Source: Gammaproteobacteria bacterium
GTDB lineage: Bacteria; Pseudomonadota; Gammaproteobacteria; SZUA-140
DNA: 64,000 nt
Assembly: GCA_026981935.1 (NCBI GenBank)
Contig: JALSIC010000010.1
Span: forward strand, 13,131 to 77,130
Direction of reading: 5' to 3'
Numbering within the stretch: the stretch's first letter is position 1; each line of letters begins with the position of its first letter. The position numbers were made by a program, and so were the translations under genes. Below the pieces are notes generated by a model. That model was not told where the DNA came from and ran no database searches. It was given only the letters and a program-made list of their open reading frames with translations. Shown here piece after piece: positions 9,314 through 21,644 of the stretch.

Positions 9314-9940
9314 TTACTTGGAATACAACTCAACAATAAGATGTTCGTTGATCTCCGCAGGCAGGTCGCTGCGTTCCGGTACCGCCTTGAACACGCCCTG
9401 CATCTTCTCGGGATCGAACTCGACCCACCCGCACAGTCCCTGCTGCTGGGCCAGCTCGATGGATGCCTGGATGCGCAACTGTTTTTTGGCCGCCTCGGTC
9501 ACGGCGATCACATCGCCGGGTTTCACCTGGTAACTGGGTATGTTGACCTTCTGCCCGTTCACGGTAATAGCATTGTGCCGCACAAGCTGACGCGCCTCGC
9601 TGCGCGATGCGCCGATGCCCATGCGATACAGCACATTGTCGAGGCGGCATTCGAGGAGCTGGAGCAGATTCTCGCCGGTGGAACCCTTGCGACGGTCGGC
9701 CTCCTTGTAGTAACGCCGGAACTGTTTTTCCAGAACACCATAGATACGACGGACCTTCTGCTTCTCACGCAGCTGGATGGCATAATCGGTCAGGCGTGCA
9801 CGCCGCTTGCCGTGCTGTCCCGGCGGGAAACCGCGCTTCTCGATGGCACACTTGGACGTGAAACACTTTTCGCCCTTGAGGAAGAGCTTCTCTCCCTGAC
9901 GGCGACACAGACGACACTTTGCATCAGTATACTTGGCCAC
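9314..9940 (-). CDS. rpsD: 30S ribosomal protein S4 (zinc-ribbon C4 form)
   Basis: S4 signature, with an N-terminal CRLCRR...CFTSKC cysteine cluster. Confidence 0.95.
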   Translation of the reverse strand: MAKYTDAKCRLCRRQGEKLFLKGEKCFTSKCAIEKRGFPPGQHGKRRARLTDYAIQLREKQKVRRIYGVLEKQFRRYYKEADRRKGSTGENLLQLLECRLDNVLYRMGIGASRSEARQLVRHNAITVNGQKVNIPSYQVKPGDVIAVTEAAKKQLRIQASIELAQQQGLCGWVEFDPEKMQGVFKAVPERSDLPAEINEHLIVELYSK

Positions 9941-9952
9941 GATTAACCTACC

Positions 9953-10342
9953 TTATACACGCCGTTTCTTGGGCGGACGACAGCCGTTGTGGGGGATGGG
10001 CGTCACATCCGCAATGCTGTTGATCTTGAAGCCGGCCGCATGCAGCGCGCGGACGGCGGAATCACGCCCCGGACCGGGTCCCTTGACCATGACGTCCATG
10101 TTCTTCATCCCGAATTCCTTGACCACATTGCTCACCTTCTCGGCGGCCACCTGGGCGGCAAAGGGTGTACTCTTGCGCGACCCCTTGAACCCGGAAGCAC
10201 CGGCCGAGGCCCAGGCCAGTGTATTGCCCTGCCGGTCGGTGATGGTGACGATGGTGTTGTTGAACGAAGCGTGGATGTGGGCCACCCCGTCAACCACGTT
10301 CTTCTTGACCTTCTTGCGTGTCCGTGAACTTCCTTTTGCCAT
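9953..10342 (-). CDS. rpsK: 30S ribosomal protein S11
   Basis: [22 protein letters not shown] motif. Confidence 0.95.
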   Translation of the reverse strand: MAKGSSRTRKKVKKNVVDGVAHIHASFNNTIVTITDRQGNTLAWASAGASGFKGSRKSTPFAAQVAAEKVSNVVKEFGMKNMDVMVKGPGPGRDSAVRALHAAGFKINSIADVTPIPHNGCRPPKKRRV

Positions 10343-10368
10343 ATTCGCTTTCTACCCAGTCAGTTATG

Positions 10369-10725
10369 TCAACGCTTGATGGGGCGCCGCGGTCCCTTGC
10401 GGGTTCGGGCATTGGTCTTGGTACGCTGGCCGCGCAAAGGCAGGCCGCGCCGGTGCCGGATGCCGCGGTAGCAGCCCAGGTCCATCAGGCGCTTGATATT
10501 CATGTTCACTTCGCGGCGCAGATCGCCTTCCACCGTATACTTGCCCACCTCGGTCCGCAGTGCCTCCAGCTCACCCTCGGTAAGGTCGCGCACCTTGACC
10601 GCGGGATCGACGTTGGCGGCGGCACAGATCTGCCTCGCCCGCGTAGCGCCGATGCCATAGATCGAGGTCAGGGCAATCACGGTGTGCTTGTTGACGGGAA
10701 TATTGATGCCAGCAATACGGGCCAT
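10369..10725 (-). CDS. rpsM: 30S ribosomal protein S13
   Basis: [10 protein letters not shown]...IYGIG N-terminus. Confidence 0.95.
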   Translation of the reverse strand: MARIAGINIPVNKHTVIALTSIYGIGATRARQICAAANVDPAVKVRDLTEGELEALRTEVGKYTVEGDLRREVNMNIKRLMDLGCYRGIRHRRGLPLRGQRTKTNARTRKGPRRPIKR

Positions 10726-10828
10726 CGATTTCAGCTCTCCTGTTGTCCAGCTCCGCGAAAACGGTCGATTTTATGTCCGTTCGCGAAATAAATCAATCAT
10801 TAAATGAACGGGGCACCGGCTTCGCACC

Positions 10829-10942
10829 CTATCCCTGGCGCTGCTTGTGCCGGGCATCCTTGCAGATCACCCGCACCACACCGCGGCGGCGGATGATCTT
10901 GCAGTTGCGACAGATTTTCTTTACCGAGGCTCTAACCTTCAT
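10829..10942 (-). CDS. rpmJ: 50S ribosomal protein L36
   Basis: Hand translation gives [37 protein letters not shown], a C-x2-C...C-x4-H zinc ribbon. It is too short to appear in the ORF track. Confidence 0.9.
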   Translation of the reverse strand: MKVRASVKKICRNCKIIRRRGVVRVICKDARHKQRQG

Positions 10943-10978
10943 AGCTCTTCTCCATACAAATGCCTGACCGCAACCTGC

Positions 10979-12325
10979 TCAACGCAGAAGTCCGGTCTTC
11001 TTGTGCCCCTTGAGATTGGCCTTCTTCAACAGGCTGTCGTACTGGTGGGACATGAGATGTGCCTGCACCTGCGCCATGAAATCCATGGTGACCACCACAA
11101 TAATCAGGATGGAAGTCCCCCCGAAGTAGAACGGCACATTCCAGTAGACAATCAGGAATTCCGGCAGCAGGCAGACGGCTGTGATATAGATGGCACCCAC
11201 CAGTGTCAGCCGTGTCATCACCGCGTCGATGTATTTTGCCGTCTGTTCCCCGGGGCGGATACCTGGAATGAAAGCACCGGACTTCTTCAGGTTCTCCGCC
11301 GTCTCATTGGGGTTGTACTGCAAGGCGGTATAAAAAAAACAGAAGAATATGATCGCCACCGCGAACAGGATCACATAGATGGGCTGACCGGGAGACAGGG
11401 CCGTGGCCACATCGGTCAACCAGCCCATCCCCTCTGCGTTGCCGAACCAGCCGGCAATGGTGCTGGGAAAGAGAATGATCGCCGAGGCGAAAATGGGCGG
11501 AATCACCCCCGCCATGTTCAGCTTCAGCGGCAGATGGCTGGTCTGCCCGGCATAGACCTTGCGCCCCTGCTGCCGTTTGGCATAGTTCACGGTGATGCGG
11601 CGCTGCCCCCGTTCCACGAACACCACGAAAGCGGTCACGGCCAGGGCCAGCACCACCAGAAACAGCACCGTCATGGCATGCAGCTCACCAGTGCGGGCCA
11701 GCTCCAGGGTACCGCCGATGGCCGAAGGCAGTCCCACGACGATGCCGGCGAAAATGATCAGGGAAATACCGTTGCCCACGCCCCGCTCCGTCACCTGCTC
11801 ACCCAGCCACATGAGAAACATGGTGCCCGCCACCAGGCTCAGCACGGCGGTGACGCGGAAACCCCATCCTGCCTCAATCACCACGGGCACGTTGCCGATA
11901 ACCTGGCTCTCCAGGGCAATGGAAATACCCAGGGCCTGGAAGGTGGCCAGCACCAGTGTCAGATAGCGTGTGTACTGGGTGATCTTGCGTCGCCCGGATT
12001 CGCCTTCTTTCTTGAGCTGCTCCAGCTTGGGATGCACCGCGGTGAGCAGCTGCATGATAATGGCTGCAGAAATATAGGGCATTACGCTGAGCGCGAACAC
12101 CGACAGGCGTCCCAGGGCACCGCCCGAGAACATGTTGAACATGTCGATGATGGTGCCCCGCTGCTGTTCAAAGAGCATTGCCAGCGCATCGGGATCGATG
12201 CCGGGCACGGGAATGAAGGTGCCGATGCGGAACACCAGCAGGGCACCCAGGACGAACAGCAGGCGCCGCTTGAGCTCGCTCAAGCCGCCCAAACTGCCTC
12301 CCAGGCCTGCCCCGCCCCTGGCCAT
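10979..12325 (-). CDS. secY: Protein translocase subunit SecY
   Basis: Collinear with E. coli SecY from [22 protein letters not shown] onward. Start set at Met22 of the ORF (12325) to abut the rplO stop. Confidence 0.95.
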   Translation of the reverse strand: MARGGAGLGGSLGGLSELKRRLLFVLGALLVFRIGTFIPVPGIDPDALAMLFEQQRGTIIDMFNMFSGGALGRLSVFALSVMPYISAAIIMQLLTAVHPKLEQLKKEGESGRRKITQYTRYLTLVLATFQALGISIALESQVIGNVPVVIEAGWGFRVTAVLSLVAGTMFLMWLGEQVTERGVGNGISLIIFAGIVVGLPSAIGGTLELARTGELHAMTVLFLVVLALAVTAFVVFVERGQRRITVNYAKRQQGRKVYAGQTSHLPLKLNMAGVIPPIFASAIILFPSTIAGWFGNAEGMGWLTDVATALSPGQPIYVILFAVAIIFFCFFYTALQYNPNETAENLKKSGAFIPGIRPGEQTAKYIDAVMTRLTLVGAIYITAVCLLPEFLIVYWNVPFYFGGTSILIIVVVTMDFMAQVQAHLMSHQYDSLLKKANLKGHKKTGLLR

Positions 12326-12326
12326 T

Positions 12327-12761
12327 TCAGTCCTCGACCCTGCCGCCGGCAGCTTCGATGGCAGCCCGCGCGCCCTTGGTAACGGCAATGCCGCGCAATG
12401 TCACGGGTTTGTCGATGGCGCCGGAGGCGATCACCTTCACGCGCCTGATGTTCCGGCTCACGATATTGGCCTGTTTCAGCGCCGCCAGATCGATCTCCGT
12501 GGCCTCCACCCTGGCCAGTTCGTGCAGGCGCACCTCCGCCGTGCGCAGACTGCGCCGCGAGGTGAAGCCCACCTTGGGCACCCGCCGCTGCAGGGGCATC
12601 TGGCCACCTTCGAACCCGACCTTGTGGTATCCGCCGGAACGGGAATGCTGTCCCTTGTGCCCCCGGCCACAGGTCTTGCCCAGACCCGAACCGATGCCCC
12701 GGCCGACCCGCTTGGGCGCCCGCCTGGACCGCGGCGCCGGCTTGAGTGTATTCAGTCTCAT
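12327..12761 (-). CDS. rplO: 50S ribosomal protein L15
   Basis: [38 protein letters not shown] is the L15 N-terminus. Confidence 0.93.
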   Translation of the reverse strand: MRLNTLKPAPRSRRAPKRVGRGIGSGLGKTCGRGHKGQHSRSGGYHKVGFEGGQMPLQRRVPKVGFTSRRSLRTAEVRLHELARVEATEIDLAALKQANIVSRNIRRVKVIASGAIDKPVTLRGIAVTKGARAAIEAAGGRVED

Positions 12762-12762
12762 T

Positions 12763-12951
12763 TCAAACTTCCTCGACACTGAGCATGTAGGCAACCTTGT
12801 TGATCATGCCGCGGGTACAGGGCGTATCCTCCACCTCCACGGTCTGGTGCATGCGGCGCAGACCGAGACCGGCCACACAGGCCTTGTGGGAGGCCGTGCG
12901 GCGGTGGGGACTGCGCACCAGGGTGACTCTCAGTTTCTTCTTCTCCGCCAT
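12763..12951 (-). CDS. rpmD: 50S ribosomal protein L30
   Basis: 62 aa, [11 protein letters not shown]...[13 protein letters not shown]. Confidence 0.92.
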   Translation of the reverse strand: MAEKKKLRVTLVRSPHRRTASHKACVAGLGLRRMHQTVEVEDTPCTRGMINKVAYMLSVEEV

Positions 12952-12958
12952 GACGTGA

Positions 12959-13465
12959 TCACTCCAGAATTTCCTTCACCTTCTTGCCCCGCTTCGCCGC
13001 CACTGACTGGGGATCCGCCATCTGCTGCAGGCCCTTGATGGTGGCGCGCACCACGTTGACCGGGTTGCTGGAACCGATACACTTGGCCAGCACGTCCTGC
13101 ACGCCCAGCACCTCGAAGACGGCCCGCATGGCCCCGCCGGCGATGATCCCCGTACCTGGAGATGCGGGCTGCATGAAGACCTTGGCGGCCCCATGATGGG
13201 CCGTGATGGGATACTGCAGGGTCTTGTCCTTGAGCGCGATCCTGACCATGTTGCGGCGCGCCTCCTCCATGGCCTTCTGAATGGCGGCGGGTACTTCGCG
13301 GGCCTTGCCGCTGCCAAAACCCACGCGACCGTTGCCGTCGCCGACCACCGTGAGGGCAGAGAACCCGAACTGGCGACCGCCCTTGACCACCTTGGCCACG
13401 CGCCGCACGGCCACCAGCTTTTCCTGAAATTCCTCGGTATTTCCGAGTGTATCCAATCTCGACAT
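12959..13465 (-). CDS. rpsE: 30S ribosomal protein S5
   Basis: [32 protein letters not shown] motif. Confidence 0.95.
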   Translation of the reverse strand: MSRLDTLGNTEEFQEKLVAVRRVAKVVKGGRQFGFSALTVVGDGNGRVGFGSGKAREVPAAIQKAMEEARRNMVRIALKDKTLQYPITAHHGAAKVFMQPASPGTGIIAGGAMRAVFEVLGVQDVLAKCIGSSNPVNVVRATIKGLQQMADPQSVAAKRGKKVKEILE

Positions 13466-13489
13466 GTCTGTGCCCTTGAAAGATTCCCC

Positions 13490-13846
13490 TTAAAATTCCA
13501 GACCGTTTTCGCGCGCGGCATCCGCCAGCGCCTTGATCCGGCCGTGATACCTGAATCCGGAGCGGTCGAAAGCCACCTTGCTCAACCCCTTGGCCCTGGC
13601 CCGCTCGGCAATGACCCTGCCCACCACCACGGCCGCCGCAACATTGCCGGTGGCACCGTCAATACTCGCCTTCACGTCAGGATCCAGGGTCGAGGCACTG
13701 GCCACCACCTCCGCGCCGCTGGGGCTGATCACCTGGGCATAGATATGGCGCGGCGTGCGATGCACGCAGAGACGATACCTGCCCAGTTCCCGGATCTTCG
13801 CCCGGGCCTTCCGCGCCCGGCGCATGCGTGCTGTCTTCTTGTCCAC
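13490..13846 (-). CDS. rplR: 50S ribosomal protein L18
   Basis: [16 protein letters not shown]...[26 protein letters not shown]. Confidence 0.95.
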   Translation of the reverse strand: MDKKTARMRRARKARAKIRELGRYRLCVHRTPRHIYAQVISPSGAEVVASASTLDPDVKASIDGATGNVAAAVVVGRVIAERARAKGLSKVAFDRSGFRYHGRIKALADAARENGLEF

Positions 13847-13860
13847 GACTCCACCCTTCC

Positions 13861-14394
13861 TTATTTCTTCTTCGCCTCTTTGAGGACAATCTGTTCGTCG
13901 GCGTAACGCACGCCCTTGCCCTTGTAAGGCTCAGGCGGTCGATAGGCCCTGATCTCGGCGGCGACCTGACCCACCTGCTGCTTGTCCACGCCCCTGATCA
14001 CCACTTCGGTCTGGCTTGGCGTTTCCACCGTCACCCCCTCCGGCACGGGGTAATTCACCGGATGAGAAAACCCGAGGGTCAGATTGAGGGTCTTGCCCTG
14101 GGCCTGCGCGCGATATCCCACACCCACCAGGGTCAGCTTCTTCTCGAAGCCCTGGCTGACGCCGGTCACCATGTTACTGACCAGGGCACGGGTCGTGCCG
14201 GCCATGGCATTGGCCTGTTTGCCATTGCCGCGCGCCGTGACTCTCAGTTCGTCGCCTTCCCGTTCCACCCGGACATCGGGATGCAGGGTGAACTGCAACT
14301 GCCCCTTGGCCCCCTTGACGGCAACGGCATCGCCTTCGATCTTGACCTCGACACCGGCGGGAATGGCAACAGGTTTCTTTGCAACTCTGGACAT
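13861..14394 (-). CDS. rplF: 50S ribosomal protein L6
   Basis: [19 protein letters not shown] is collinear with E. coli L6. The internal Met is used as start. Confidence 0.95.
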   Translation of the reverse strand: MSRVAKKPVAIPAGVEVKIEGDAVAVKGAKGQLQFTLHPDVRVEREGDELRVTARGNGKQANAMAGTTRALVSNMVTGVSQGFEKKLTLVGVGYRAQAQGKTLNLTLGFSHPVNYPVPEGVTVETPSQTEVVIRGVDKQQVGQVAAEIRAYRPPEPYKGKGVRYADEQIVLKEAKKK

Positions 14395-14419
14395 GGCTTC
14401 AGTTCTTCGCTTCCTGTTC

Positions 14420-14815
14420 CTATGAAACAATACAGATCACTTCACCACCGTGGCCGGCTGCGCGCGCGGCGCGGTCCGTCATGACCCCCGCGGAGGTCGA
14501 GACGATGGCGATCCCCAGGCCGCCGTTGACCCGCGGCAATTCGTCCTTGCCGCGATAGGCACGCAGCCCGGGCCGGCTGACCCGCTGGATCTGCTCGATC
14601 ACCGGCCGCCCTTCGTGGTATTTCAGGGTAATGGTCAATTCCGGCTTCTTCTCGTCGCCGCCCACGGCATAGGCGGTGATATAACCCTCTTCCTGCAGCA
14701 CCTTGGCGATCGCCACCTTCTGCTTGGAAGAGGGCATGCTGACCTGAGCCTTCTCGGCGGCCTGGGCATTGCGGATCCGGGTCAGCATATCCGCGATGGG
14801 GTCATTCATGCTCAT
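14420..14815 (-). CDS. rpsH: 30S ribosomal protein S8
   Basis: [18 protein letters not shown]-terminus. Confidence 0.95.
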   Translation of the reverse strand: MSMNDPIADMLTRIRNAQAAEKAQVSMPSSKQKVAIAKVLQEEGYITAYAVGGDEKKPELTITLKYHEGRPVIEQIQRVSRPGLRAYRGKDELPRVNGGLGIAIVSTSAGVMTDRAARAAGHGGEVICIVS

Positions 14816-15009
14816 GATTCGTTTCCAATGATTGCTTCGTCTGTCAGATTATTAATGGTCTCATAATTGTCCATATCAAAATACGTAGCCCGGATGGAGT
14901 GGAACGTAATCCGGGTGTGGGGTTTTGCCGGCTGGTTTCCTGGATTGCGCTTTTGCAGCGCTTCATCCAGGCTACCGAAGCGGCGTACCAACAGTCGGAC
15001 CATATCCAT
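14812..15009 (-). CDS. Hypothetical 65-aa ORF inside an anomalous spacer of the spc operon; its stop overlaps the rpsH start (ATGA)
   Basis: The ORF is [65 protein letters not shown]. It has no recognisable family and lies in ~50% GC DNA flanked by ~65% GC ribosomal genes. It may not be translated. Confidence 0.3.
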   Translation of the reverse strand: MDMVRLLVRRFGSLDEALQKRNPGNQPAKPHTRITFHSIRATYFDMDNYETINNLTDEAIIGNES

Positions 15010-15082
15010 TCAACTACGAGACTCTCAGTATGTCCGGGTCTATATCGCTGGGGTCACATCGGGCGGAACCGCATCTGGCGGC

Positions 15083-15388
15083 TCACCAGCTCGCCTTCAC
15101 CAGGCCCGGAATGTCGCCGCGCATGGCGGCCTCCCGCAGCTTGTTGCGTCCCAGGCCGAACTTGCGGTAATACCCGTGGGGCCTGCCGCTGAGCCGGCAG
15201 CGGTTACGCAGGCGGCTGGGACTGGAATCGCGCGGCAGGGAGTGGAACTTGCGCCACAGCTCGCTGCGCTCTTCTTCGCTGAGATTGGGATCCTTCAGTC
15301 TGCGTTTCAGCTCTGCGCGCCTGGCAGCGTACTTCTCTACCATGCGCCGACGCTTGAGTTCGCGATTGACCATTGAAACCTTTGCCAT
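15083..15388 (-). CDS. rpsN: 30S ribosomal protein S14 (long, non-zinc form)
   Basis: 101 aa, ...[26 protein letters not shown]...W. Confidence 0.95.
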   Translation of the reverse strand: MAKVSMVNRELKRRRMVEKYAARRAELKRRLKDPNLSEEERSELWRKFHSLPRDSSPSRLRNRCRLSGRPHGYYRKFGLGRNKLREAAMRGDIPGLVKASW

Positions 15389-15406
15389 AGGGCCACCTGT
15401 ATCGAA

Positions 15407-15946
15407 TTAATTTCTGAATGGAAAACTGAATGCCTCCAGCAGCGCCCGCCCTTCCTCGTCGGTCCTGGCGCTGGTGGTGATGGTGATGTCCAGCCCGCGC
15501 AGGGCGTCGATCTTGTCGTAGTCGATCTCCGGAAACATGATCTGCTCGCGCACGCCCATGCTGTAGTTGCCCCGGCCGTCGAATGCCTTGCCGCTCAGGC
15601 CGCGGAAATCACGGATGCGGGGGATGGCGATATTGATGAGACGGTCGAGGAACTCGTACATGCGCACCTTGCGCAAGGTGACCTTGCAGCCGATGGGCCA
15701 CCCCTCGCGAATCTTGAAACCGGCGATGGACTTGCGCGCCCGGGTCACCACCGGCTTCTGCCCGCTGATCATGGCCAGATCCGCCATGGCGTGTTCGATC
15801 ACCTTCTTGTCGCCCACGGCCTCACCCAGACCCATGTTGAGGGTGATCTTGGTGATTCGCGGCACCTGCATGACACTGCTGTAACCGAAGCGTTCCATGA
15901 GCTGCGGTACGACGGTGTCCCGGTAATGTTCCTGCAATCTAGCCAT
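15407..15946 (-). CDS. rplE: 50S ribosomal protein L5
   Basis: [23 protein letters not shown]-terminus. Confidence 0.95.
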   Translation of the reverse strand: MARLQEHYRDTVVPQLMERFGYSSVMQVPRITKITLNMGLGEAVGDKKVIEHAMADLAMISGQKPVVTRARKSIAGFKIREGWPIGCKVTLRKVRMYEFLDRLINIAIPRIRDFRGLSGKAFDGRGNYSMGVREQIMFPEIDYDKIDALRGLDITITTSARTDEEGRALLEAFSFPFRN

Positions 15947-15989
15947 AATCCAGTCCAGTCTTTTCGTGTGTTTCTATCTCTGATCCCGT

Positions 15990-16307
15990 TCAGACATCCA
16001 GCACTTCGTCGTTCGACTTGAAATAGCGCACCTTGCGGCCGTCCTCCAGGGTCCGGAATCCCACCCGGTCGGCCCGCTTGGTCACCGGGTTGAAGTGGGC
16101 CACGTTGGAGACGTGGATGGGCATCTCCTTTTCGATGATCCCTCCCGGCGTTCCCTTGGCGGGATTGGGCTTGGTGTGACGCTTCACCACATTGACGTTC
16201 TCCACCACGACCCGGTCATCGGGCAGCACGCGCAATATCGTGCCCCGCTTGCCCTTGTCCCTGCCGGCGATCACAATCACATCGTCGTTTTTCCTGAACT
16301 TACGCAT
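15990..16307 (-). CDS. rplX: 50S ribosomal protein L24
   Basis: [24 protein letters not shown]. Confidence 0.95.
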   Translation of the reverse strand: MRKFRKNDDVIVIAGRDKGKRGTILRVLPDDRVVVENVNVVKRHTKPNPAKGTPGGIIEKEMPIHVSNVAHFNPVTKRADRVGFRTLEDGRKVRYFKSNDEVLDV

Positions 16308-16364
16308 CCCACTGATTCCAATATTCGGTCAACTGCAACGCCTGAGCACAGCGCTGTGCGCTGC

Positions 16365-16733
16365 TCACAGCACCTCCGGGGCGAGCGAAATGATCTTCAT
16401 GAACTGCTCCGTGCGCAGCTCACGGGTCACCGGTCCGAAGATGCGGGTGCCGATGGGCTGCTTCTGGTTGTTGAGCAGCACCGCGGCATTGCTGTCGAAA
16501 CGGATCACCGAGCCATCGGGACGCCGCACGCCCTTGCGGGTGCGCACCACCACGGCATTGTAGACCTCGCCCTTCTTCACCTTGCCACGGGGAATGGCCT
16601 CCTTGACGCTCACCTTGATGATATCGCCGATGTTGGCATAACGGCGGTGCGAGCCGCCCAGCACCTTGATACACATCAACTGGCGCGCGCCGCTGTTGTC
16701 GGCCACCTCCAGTCTCGTCTGCATCTGTATCAT
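16365..16733 (-). CDS. rplN: 50S ribosomal protein L14
   Basis: [28 protein letters not shown]...[10 protein letters not shown], start at Met60 of the longer ORF. Confidence 0.95.
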   Translation of the reverse strand: MIQMQTRLEVADNSGARQLMCIKVLGGSHRRYANIGDIIKVSVKEAIPRGKVKKGEVYNAVVVRTRKGVRRPDGSVIRFDSNAAVLLNNQKQPIGTRIFGPVTRELRTEQFMKIISLAPEVL

Positions 16734-16813
16734 CGCTAATCTCCGGATTCTGCAAATTCGTTTCGTCTGTCCCCGGGCGGCGCAGCAACGGCACCGCAGG
16801 GGCCTGCCCCGCC

Positions 16814-17074
16814 TCAGGCCGTCCGCTCGACGACCCTGACCAGGCGCCAGGACTTGGTCTTGGACAGGGGACGGCACTCCTGCACCATGACGATATCGCC
16901 GATGCGGCATTCATTGTTCTCGTCATGCGCATGGATCTTGGTCGAGCGCCGCACGTATTTCTTGTACAGGGGATGAGGCACCTTGCGCTCGATCTTCACC
17001 GTGATGGTCTTGTCCATCCTGTCGCTGACCACGTAACCGGTCACGGTACGGCCAGGCTTTTCCTGTTCACTCAT
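16814..17074 (-). CDS. rpsQ: 30S ribosomal protein S17
   Basis: [18 protein letters not shown]...[24 protein letters not shown]. Confidence 0.95.
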   Translation of the reverse strand: MSEQEKPGRTVTGYVVSDRMDKTITVKIERKVPHPLYKKYVRRSTKIHAHDENNECRIGDIVMVQECRPLSKTKSWRLVRVVERTA

Positions 17075-17277
17075 GATGTCTCACCCGCCCTCTTCTTTTC
17101 GTTGATCACCGTATAGACGCGCGCGATATTACGGCGCACCTCACCCAGCTTGTGGGTCTGGCTCAACTGTCCCGAACCCTTCTGCATGCGCAGGTTGAAC
17201 TGTTCGCGCAGCAGTTCCAGCAGTTCCTGGCGCAGTTCGGGTATGGATTTCTCTCTCAATTCGCTCGCTTTCATCAC
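17071..17277 (-). CDS. rpmC: 50S ribosomal protein L29
   Basis: [30 protein letters not shown]. Confidence 0.93.
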   Translation of the reverse strand: MMKASELREKSIPELRQELLELLREQFNLRMQKGSGQLSQTHKLGEVRRNIARVYTVINEKKRAGETS

Positions 17278-17687
17278 ATCACGTTCCGCGTCACGAAAGT
17301 GGTCTTCACAGGCAGCTTGGCCGCCGCCAGGCGAAAGGCCTCGCGGGCCACCGACTCCGGCACGCCCTCCATCTCGTAGAGCACCCGGCCGGGCTGCGTG
17401 AGGGCCACCCAGTATTCCACGTTACCCTTGCCTTTCCCCTGGCGCACCTCCACCGGCTTCTTGGTGATGGGCTTGTCGGGAAAGACCCGGATCCAGATCT
17501 TGCCGCCGCGCTTGATGTGGCGGGTCATGGCGCGTCGCGCCGCCTCGATCTGGCGCGCCGTGATGCGGCCGCGGGTGGTGGCCTTGAGGCCGTATTCCCC
17601 GAAGCTCACGCGGTTGCCGGTCATGGCGACGCCACGGTTGCGGCCCTTCTGTTGCTTGCGGTACTTGGTCTTTTTCGGCTGCAGCAT
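17274..17687 (-). CDS. rplP: 50S ribosomal protein L16
   Basis: [19 protein letters not shown], start at the internal Met of the ORF. Confidence 0.95.
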   Translation of the reverse strand: MLQPKKTKYRKQQKGRNRGVAMTGNRVSFGEYGLKATTRGRITARQIEAARRAMTRHIKRGGKIWIRVFPDKPITKKPVEVRQGKGKGNVEYWVALTQPGRVLYEMEGVPESVAREAFRLAAAKLPVKTTFVTRNVM

Positions 17688-17707
17688 GATGATGACCCTT
17701 GCTTTGT

Positions 17708-18385
17708 TTAGCTGGCTTCCGCCTTCTCGGAGGCAGCTTTTTCCTCCTGCGCCCCGTTCTCGAACACTTCCCCCTTGAACACCCAGACCTTGACCCCGAT
17801 CACACCCGAGGTGGTGTTGGCCTCGGCGAAGCCGTAGTCGATATCCGCGCGCAGGGTATGCAGGGGCACGCGGCCTTCCCGGTACCACTCGCTGCGTGCG
17901 ATCTCGGCACCGTTGAGGCGCCCCGCCACGTTGACCTTGATGCCCTGGGCACCGAAACGCATGGTGTTGGTGACGGCCCGCTTCATGGCACGGCGGTACA
18001 TGATGCGGCGTTCGATCTGCTGGGCAATGCTCTCCGCCACCAGTTGCGCATCCAGTTCAGGCTTGCGGATCTCCTCGATGTTGATATGCACCGGGATGCC
18101 CATCATTGCGGTCACCTCGCGGCGGAGCATCTCGATGTCTTCGCCTTTCTTGCCGATCACCATGCCGGGGCGCGCGGTACGGATCGTGATATGGGCCGTG
18201 CGGGCAGGCCGCTCGATCTGAATGCGGCTCACCGAGGCCTGGGACAGCTTTTTCTTCAGGAACTCGCGCACCTTCAGATCGGTATACAGATAATCGGCAT
18301 AGGCGTCGGCACCGGCATACCACTTGGAGGTCCAGTCCTTTACGATGCCCAGCCTGATGCCCGTCGGATGTACTTTCTGGCCCAT
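17708..18385 (-). CDS. rpsC: 30S ribosomal protein S3
   Basis: [24 protein letters not shown]. Confidence 0.95.
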   Translation of the reverse strand: MGQKVHPTGIRLGIVKDWTSKWYAGADAYADYLYTDLKVREFLKKKLSQASVSRIQIERPARTAHITIRTARPGMVIGKKGEDIEMLRREVTAMMGIPVHINIEEIRKPELDAQLVAESIAQQIERRIMYRRAMKRAVTNTMRFGAQGIKVNVAGRLNGAEIARSEWYREGRVPLHTLRADIDYGFAEANTTSGVIGVKVWVFKGEVFENGAQEEKAASEKAEAS

Positions 18386-18413
18386 ACTGTCGCTCTCTAG
18401 TCCTGAGTTGATG

Positions 18414-18752
18414 TCATTCGTCGCTGACGGCCACGGTGATGTGGCTGGAGCGCTTCAGGATGCGGTTGGCCCGCCCCCTCGCCCGTGCCCGCCAGCGCTT
18501 GTATGTCGGCCCCTCGTCGACAAATACCCGCGACACGCGCAGTTCATCGATATCGGCCCCCTCGTTGTGCTCGGCATTGGCGATGGCCGATTCCAGCACC
18601 TTCTTCACCAGCACCGCGGCCTTCTTCTGGCTGAAATTGAGCACGTTGAGTGCCCGCTCCACCGGCAGGCCACGAATCTGGTCGGCCACCAGGCGGCATT
18701 TCTGCGCCGAGATGTCCGCGTATCTGCGTTTCGCATAGACTTCCATCGTCAC
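18414..18752 (-). CDS. rplV: 50S ribosomal protein L22
   Basis: [34 protein letters not shown]. Confidence 0.95.
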   Translation of the reverse strand: MTMEVYAKRRYADISAQKCRLVADQIRGLPVERALNVLNFSQKKAAVLVKKVLESAIANAEHNEGADIDELRVSRVFVDEGPTYKRWRARARGRANRILKRSSHITVAVSDE

Positions 18753-18761
18753 AACCCTTCG

Positions 18762-19034
18762 TCACTTCGCCTTTCTGTCGCCCGCATGCCCCTTGAAGGT
18801 GCGGGTCAGCGCAAACTCGCCCAGCTTGTGGCCTACCATGTTCTCGGAGATCAGGATGGGCACGTGCTGCCGTCCGTTGTGCACGGCGATGGTCAACCCC
18901 ACCATCTCCGGCACCACCATGGAACGGCGCGACCAGGTCTTGATGGGTTTTCTGCTGTTCGACGCCACCGCCTCCTCAACCTTTTTCATGAGATGCAGGT
19001 CGACGAATGGTCCTTTCTTGACTGAACGCGGCAT
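18762..19034 (-). CDS. rpsS: 30S ribosomal protein S19
   Basis: [20 protein letters not shown]. Confidence 0.95.
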   Translation of the reverse strand: MPRSVKKGPFVDLHLMKKVEEAVASNSRKPIKTWSRRSMVVPEMVGLTIAVHNGRQHVPILISENMVGHKLGEFALTRTFKGHAGDRKAK

Positions 19035-19069
19035 CTGTCCGTTAACCTCTTCCTTCTGTCATGGTGAAC

Positions 19070-19897
19070 TCACTTGGCCTTGCGCCGGCGCACGATCATG
19101 TTGCTGGTGCGTTTCACATGGCGTGTCTTGTAACCCTTGGTGGGCATGCCCCACGGACTCACCGGGTGGCGGCCACCGGAAGTCCGGCCTTCGCCACCGC
19201 CATGGGGGTGATCCACGGGATTCATGGCCACACCGCGCACCGTAGGCCGGATGCCGCGCCAGCGTGAGGCACCGGCCTTGCCCAGGGAACGCAGGCCGTG
19301 CTCGCTGTTGCCTACTTCGCCGATGGTGGCGCGGCACTCCAGGGACACCTTGCGCATCTCGCCCGAGCGCAGACGCAGAATGGCATGCGGCCCCTCCTTC
19401 GCCACGAGCTGGGCAGAGGCACCGGCGCTGCGCGCGAGCTGCGCGCCCTTGCCGGGCTTCAGCTCCACGCAGTGGATGACCGTACCGAGGGGTATGTTGC
19501 GCATGGGCAGGCTGTTGCCGGCCTTGATGGGCGCATTGGCGGCGGAGATGATCTCGTCACCCGCCTTGACCCCCCGGGGGGCGATAATATAGCGCCGTTC
19601 TCCATCCACATAAAGTACCAGCGCGATATGGGCACTGCGGTTGGGATCGTACTCCAGGCGCTCAACGCGCCCGGGAATGTCGAGCTTGTCGCGCTTGAAA
19701 TCGATGATCCGGTAATGCTGCTTGTGACCACCACCGCGGTGACGCACCGTGATGCGCCCCTGGTTGTTGCGTCCCGCCTTCTTTGCCTGACCTGAGACCA
19801 GCGGCGCGTAGGGCTTGCCCTTGTAAAGCTCGGGATTGTTCACCTTGATCACGAAGCGGCGCCCCGCGGAGGTCGGTTTGGTCTTCACTACAGCCAT
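19070..19897 (-). CDS. rplB: 50S ribosomal protein L2
   Basis: [15 protein letters not shown]...[15 protein letters not shown]. Confidence 0.95.
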   Translation of the reverse strand: MAVVKTKPTSAGRRFVIKVNNPELYKGKPYAPLVSGQAKKAGRNNQGRITVRHRGGGHKQHYRIIDFKRDKLDIPGRVERLEYDPNRSAHIALVLYVDGERRYIIAPRGVKAGDEIISAANAPIKAGNSLPMRNIPLGTVIHCVELKPGKGAQLARSAGASAQLVAKEGPHAILRLRSGEMRKVSLECRATIGEVGNSEHGLRSLGKAGASRWRGIRPTVRGVAMNPVDHPHGGGEGRTSGGRHPVSPWGMPTKGYKTRHVKRTSNMIVRRRKAK

Positions 19898-19986
19898 TTT
19901 CCTGATCCTTGCCCTGTCTGATGAATCTTCTGATGAATCCGATCTTATGCGCTGCCTGTCGCCTGCTGCCGATGCCGGTTCCCGTC

Positions 19987-20283
19987 CTACTGGGCGCCCA
20001 TGAAATCGATGTCGAAGCCGGGCTTCAGCGACACATAGGCCTTTTTCAGGTTGTTGCGCCTGCCGATGGTGGCACCGAAACGCTTGGTCTTGCCCTTTAC
20101 GTTGACCACCCGCACGGCCTCCACCTGCACATCGAACATCAGCTCCACGGCCTTCTTGATTTCGGGCTTGGTGGCATCCGGGGCAACATGGAAAACAAAC
20201 TGCCGGTCACGCTCCGCCGCCAGGGTCGCCTTTTCAGACACATGGGGGGCCAGCAAGATCTTCATCAAACGCTCCTGGTTCAT
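19987..20283 (-). CDS. rplW: 50S ribosomal protein L23
   Basis: [17 protein letters not shown]. Confidence 0.93.
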   Translation of the reverse strand: MNQERLMKILLAPHVSEKATLAAERDRQFVFHVAPDATKPEIKKAVELMFDVQVEAVRVVNVKGKTKRFGATIGRRNNLKKAYVSLKPGFDIDFMGAQ

Positions 20284-20909
20284 CCCAGCCGCTCCTCCAG
20301 TTTCTTCACCGCCTCGACGGTCATCAATACCTTCTCACGCCGGATCAGGGTCACCGGGTCCACCACCGCCGCATCGGCGACCTCTGCCCAGGGCAGGTTA
20401 CGCACCGCCAGGTAGAGCTTGTCGTCGGGATCCACGGTCACGATCACCACGTCGTTCAGGCCGAGCGCAGCCAGCCTGGCCACGAGCGCCTTGGTCCTGG
20501 GTTCGTCCACGCCGAAGGACTCCATGACCAGCAGGCGGTCCTGGCGTACCAGCTCGGAGAGGATGGAACGCATCGCGGCACGGTACATCTTCTTGTTCAG
20601 TTTCTGCCGGTAATCGGCAGGCACCGCCGCAAAGGCCTTGCCGCCGCCCCGCCAGATGGGACTGCGGATGGAGCCTGCCCGTGCCCGGCCGGTCCCCTTC
20701 TGGCGCCAGGGCTTGGCGCCGCCACCGCGCACCTGGGCGCGGGTCTTCTGCGCCCGTGTCCCCGCACGTGCGCCGGCCAGGTAGGCAGTCACCGCCTGGT
20801 GCACCAGGGCCTCATTGAAAGGGCTGCCGAAAGTGACGTCGGAAACCTGCAATGCCTGGCCAGACGCCTCACCCGTCGCTGTCGTCAGATTCAGTTCCAT
20901 GCTCACCAC
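20280..20909 (-). CDS. rplD: 50S ribosomal protein L4
   Basis: MELNLTT...[31 protein letters not shown]. The true start is possibly Met4 (20900). Confidence 0.95.
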   Translation of the reverse strand: MVSMELNLTTATGEASGQALQVSDVTFGSPFNEALVHQAVTAYLAGARAGTRAQKTRAQVRGGGAKPWRQKGTGRARAGSIRSPIWRGGGKAFAAVPADYRQKLNKKMYRAAMRSILSELVRQDRLLVMESFGVDEPRTKALVARLAALGLNDVVIVTVDPDDKLYLAVRNLPWAEVADAAVVDPVTLIRREKVLMTVEAVKKLEERLG

Positions 20910-20910
20910 C

Positions 20911-21552
20911 TCAACGCGCCTTTGCCGCGGGTCGCACGATCACATCGCCACCGGCGGCCCCGGGCACGGCGCCCTTGACCAGCAGCAGATTGCGCTCGCT
21001 GTCCACCCGGACCACCTCCAGATTCTGGACACTGCGCCGCACATTACCCATGTGCCCGGCCATCTTCTTGCCCTTGAACACACGACCGGGGGTCTGGTTC
21101 TGACCGATGGAACCCGGCGCCCGGTGGGAGAGGGAATTACCGTGGGTGGCATCCTGGGTGGAGAAATTGTGGCGCTTCACGGTGCCGGCAAAGCCCTTGC
21201 CGATGGTGATGCCGCTTACATCCACTTTCTGTCCGGGACTGAAGATGTCGGCCTTGATCTCGGCCCCCACGGCCAGATCCTCCCCCTCGCCGTCTTCGAG
21301 GCGGAACTCCCACAGGCCACGCCCGGCCTCGACTCCCGCCTTGGCATAATGGCCGGCCAGGGGCTTGGTGACGCGGCTGGCACGGCGCATGCCCGTCGTC
21401 ACCTGCAGCGCACGATAGCCGTCGTTCTCCACCGTTTTCACCTGCGTGACGCGGTTGGGCTGGACCTCGATCACGGTCACCGGGACAGCCGCGCCGTCCT
21501 CGGTGAAAATCCGGGTCATGCCGCATTTCCGACCAACTACTCCAATCGCCAT
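20911..21552 (-). CDS. rplC: 50S ribosomal protein L3
   Basis: [20 protein letters not shown]. Confidence 0.95.
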   Translation of the reverse strand: MAIGVVGRKCGMTRIFTEDGAAVPVTVIEVQPNRVTQVKTVENDGYRALQVTTGMRRASRVTKPLAGHYAKAGVEAGRGLWEFRLEDGEGEDLAVGAEIKADIFSPGQKVDVSGITIGKGFAGTVKRHNFSTQDATHGNSLSHRAPGSIGQNQTPGRVFKGKKMAGHMGNVRRSVQNLEVVRVDSERNLLLVKGAVPGAAGGDVIVRPAAKAR

Positions 21553-21644
21553 CGTCTTCGACCTCTATTGTTCCTCTTTTCCGCCTGGCCCCATCGGATC
21601 GACAGCCCCGATGATCCCAGGCTCGATTCCAAGCCGGATCAAGC

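Noticed and set aside
10847-12382. 511-aa plus-strand ORF overlapping secY
   Set aside because: It is antisense to SecY and of His/Gly/Gln-rich low-complexity composition.
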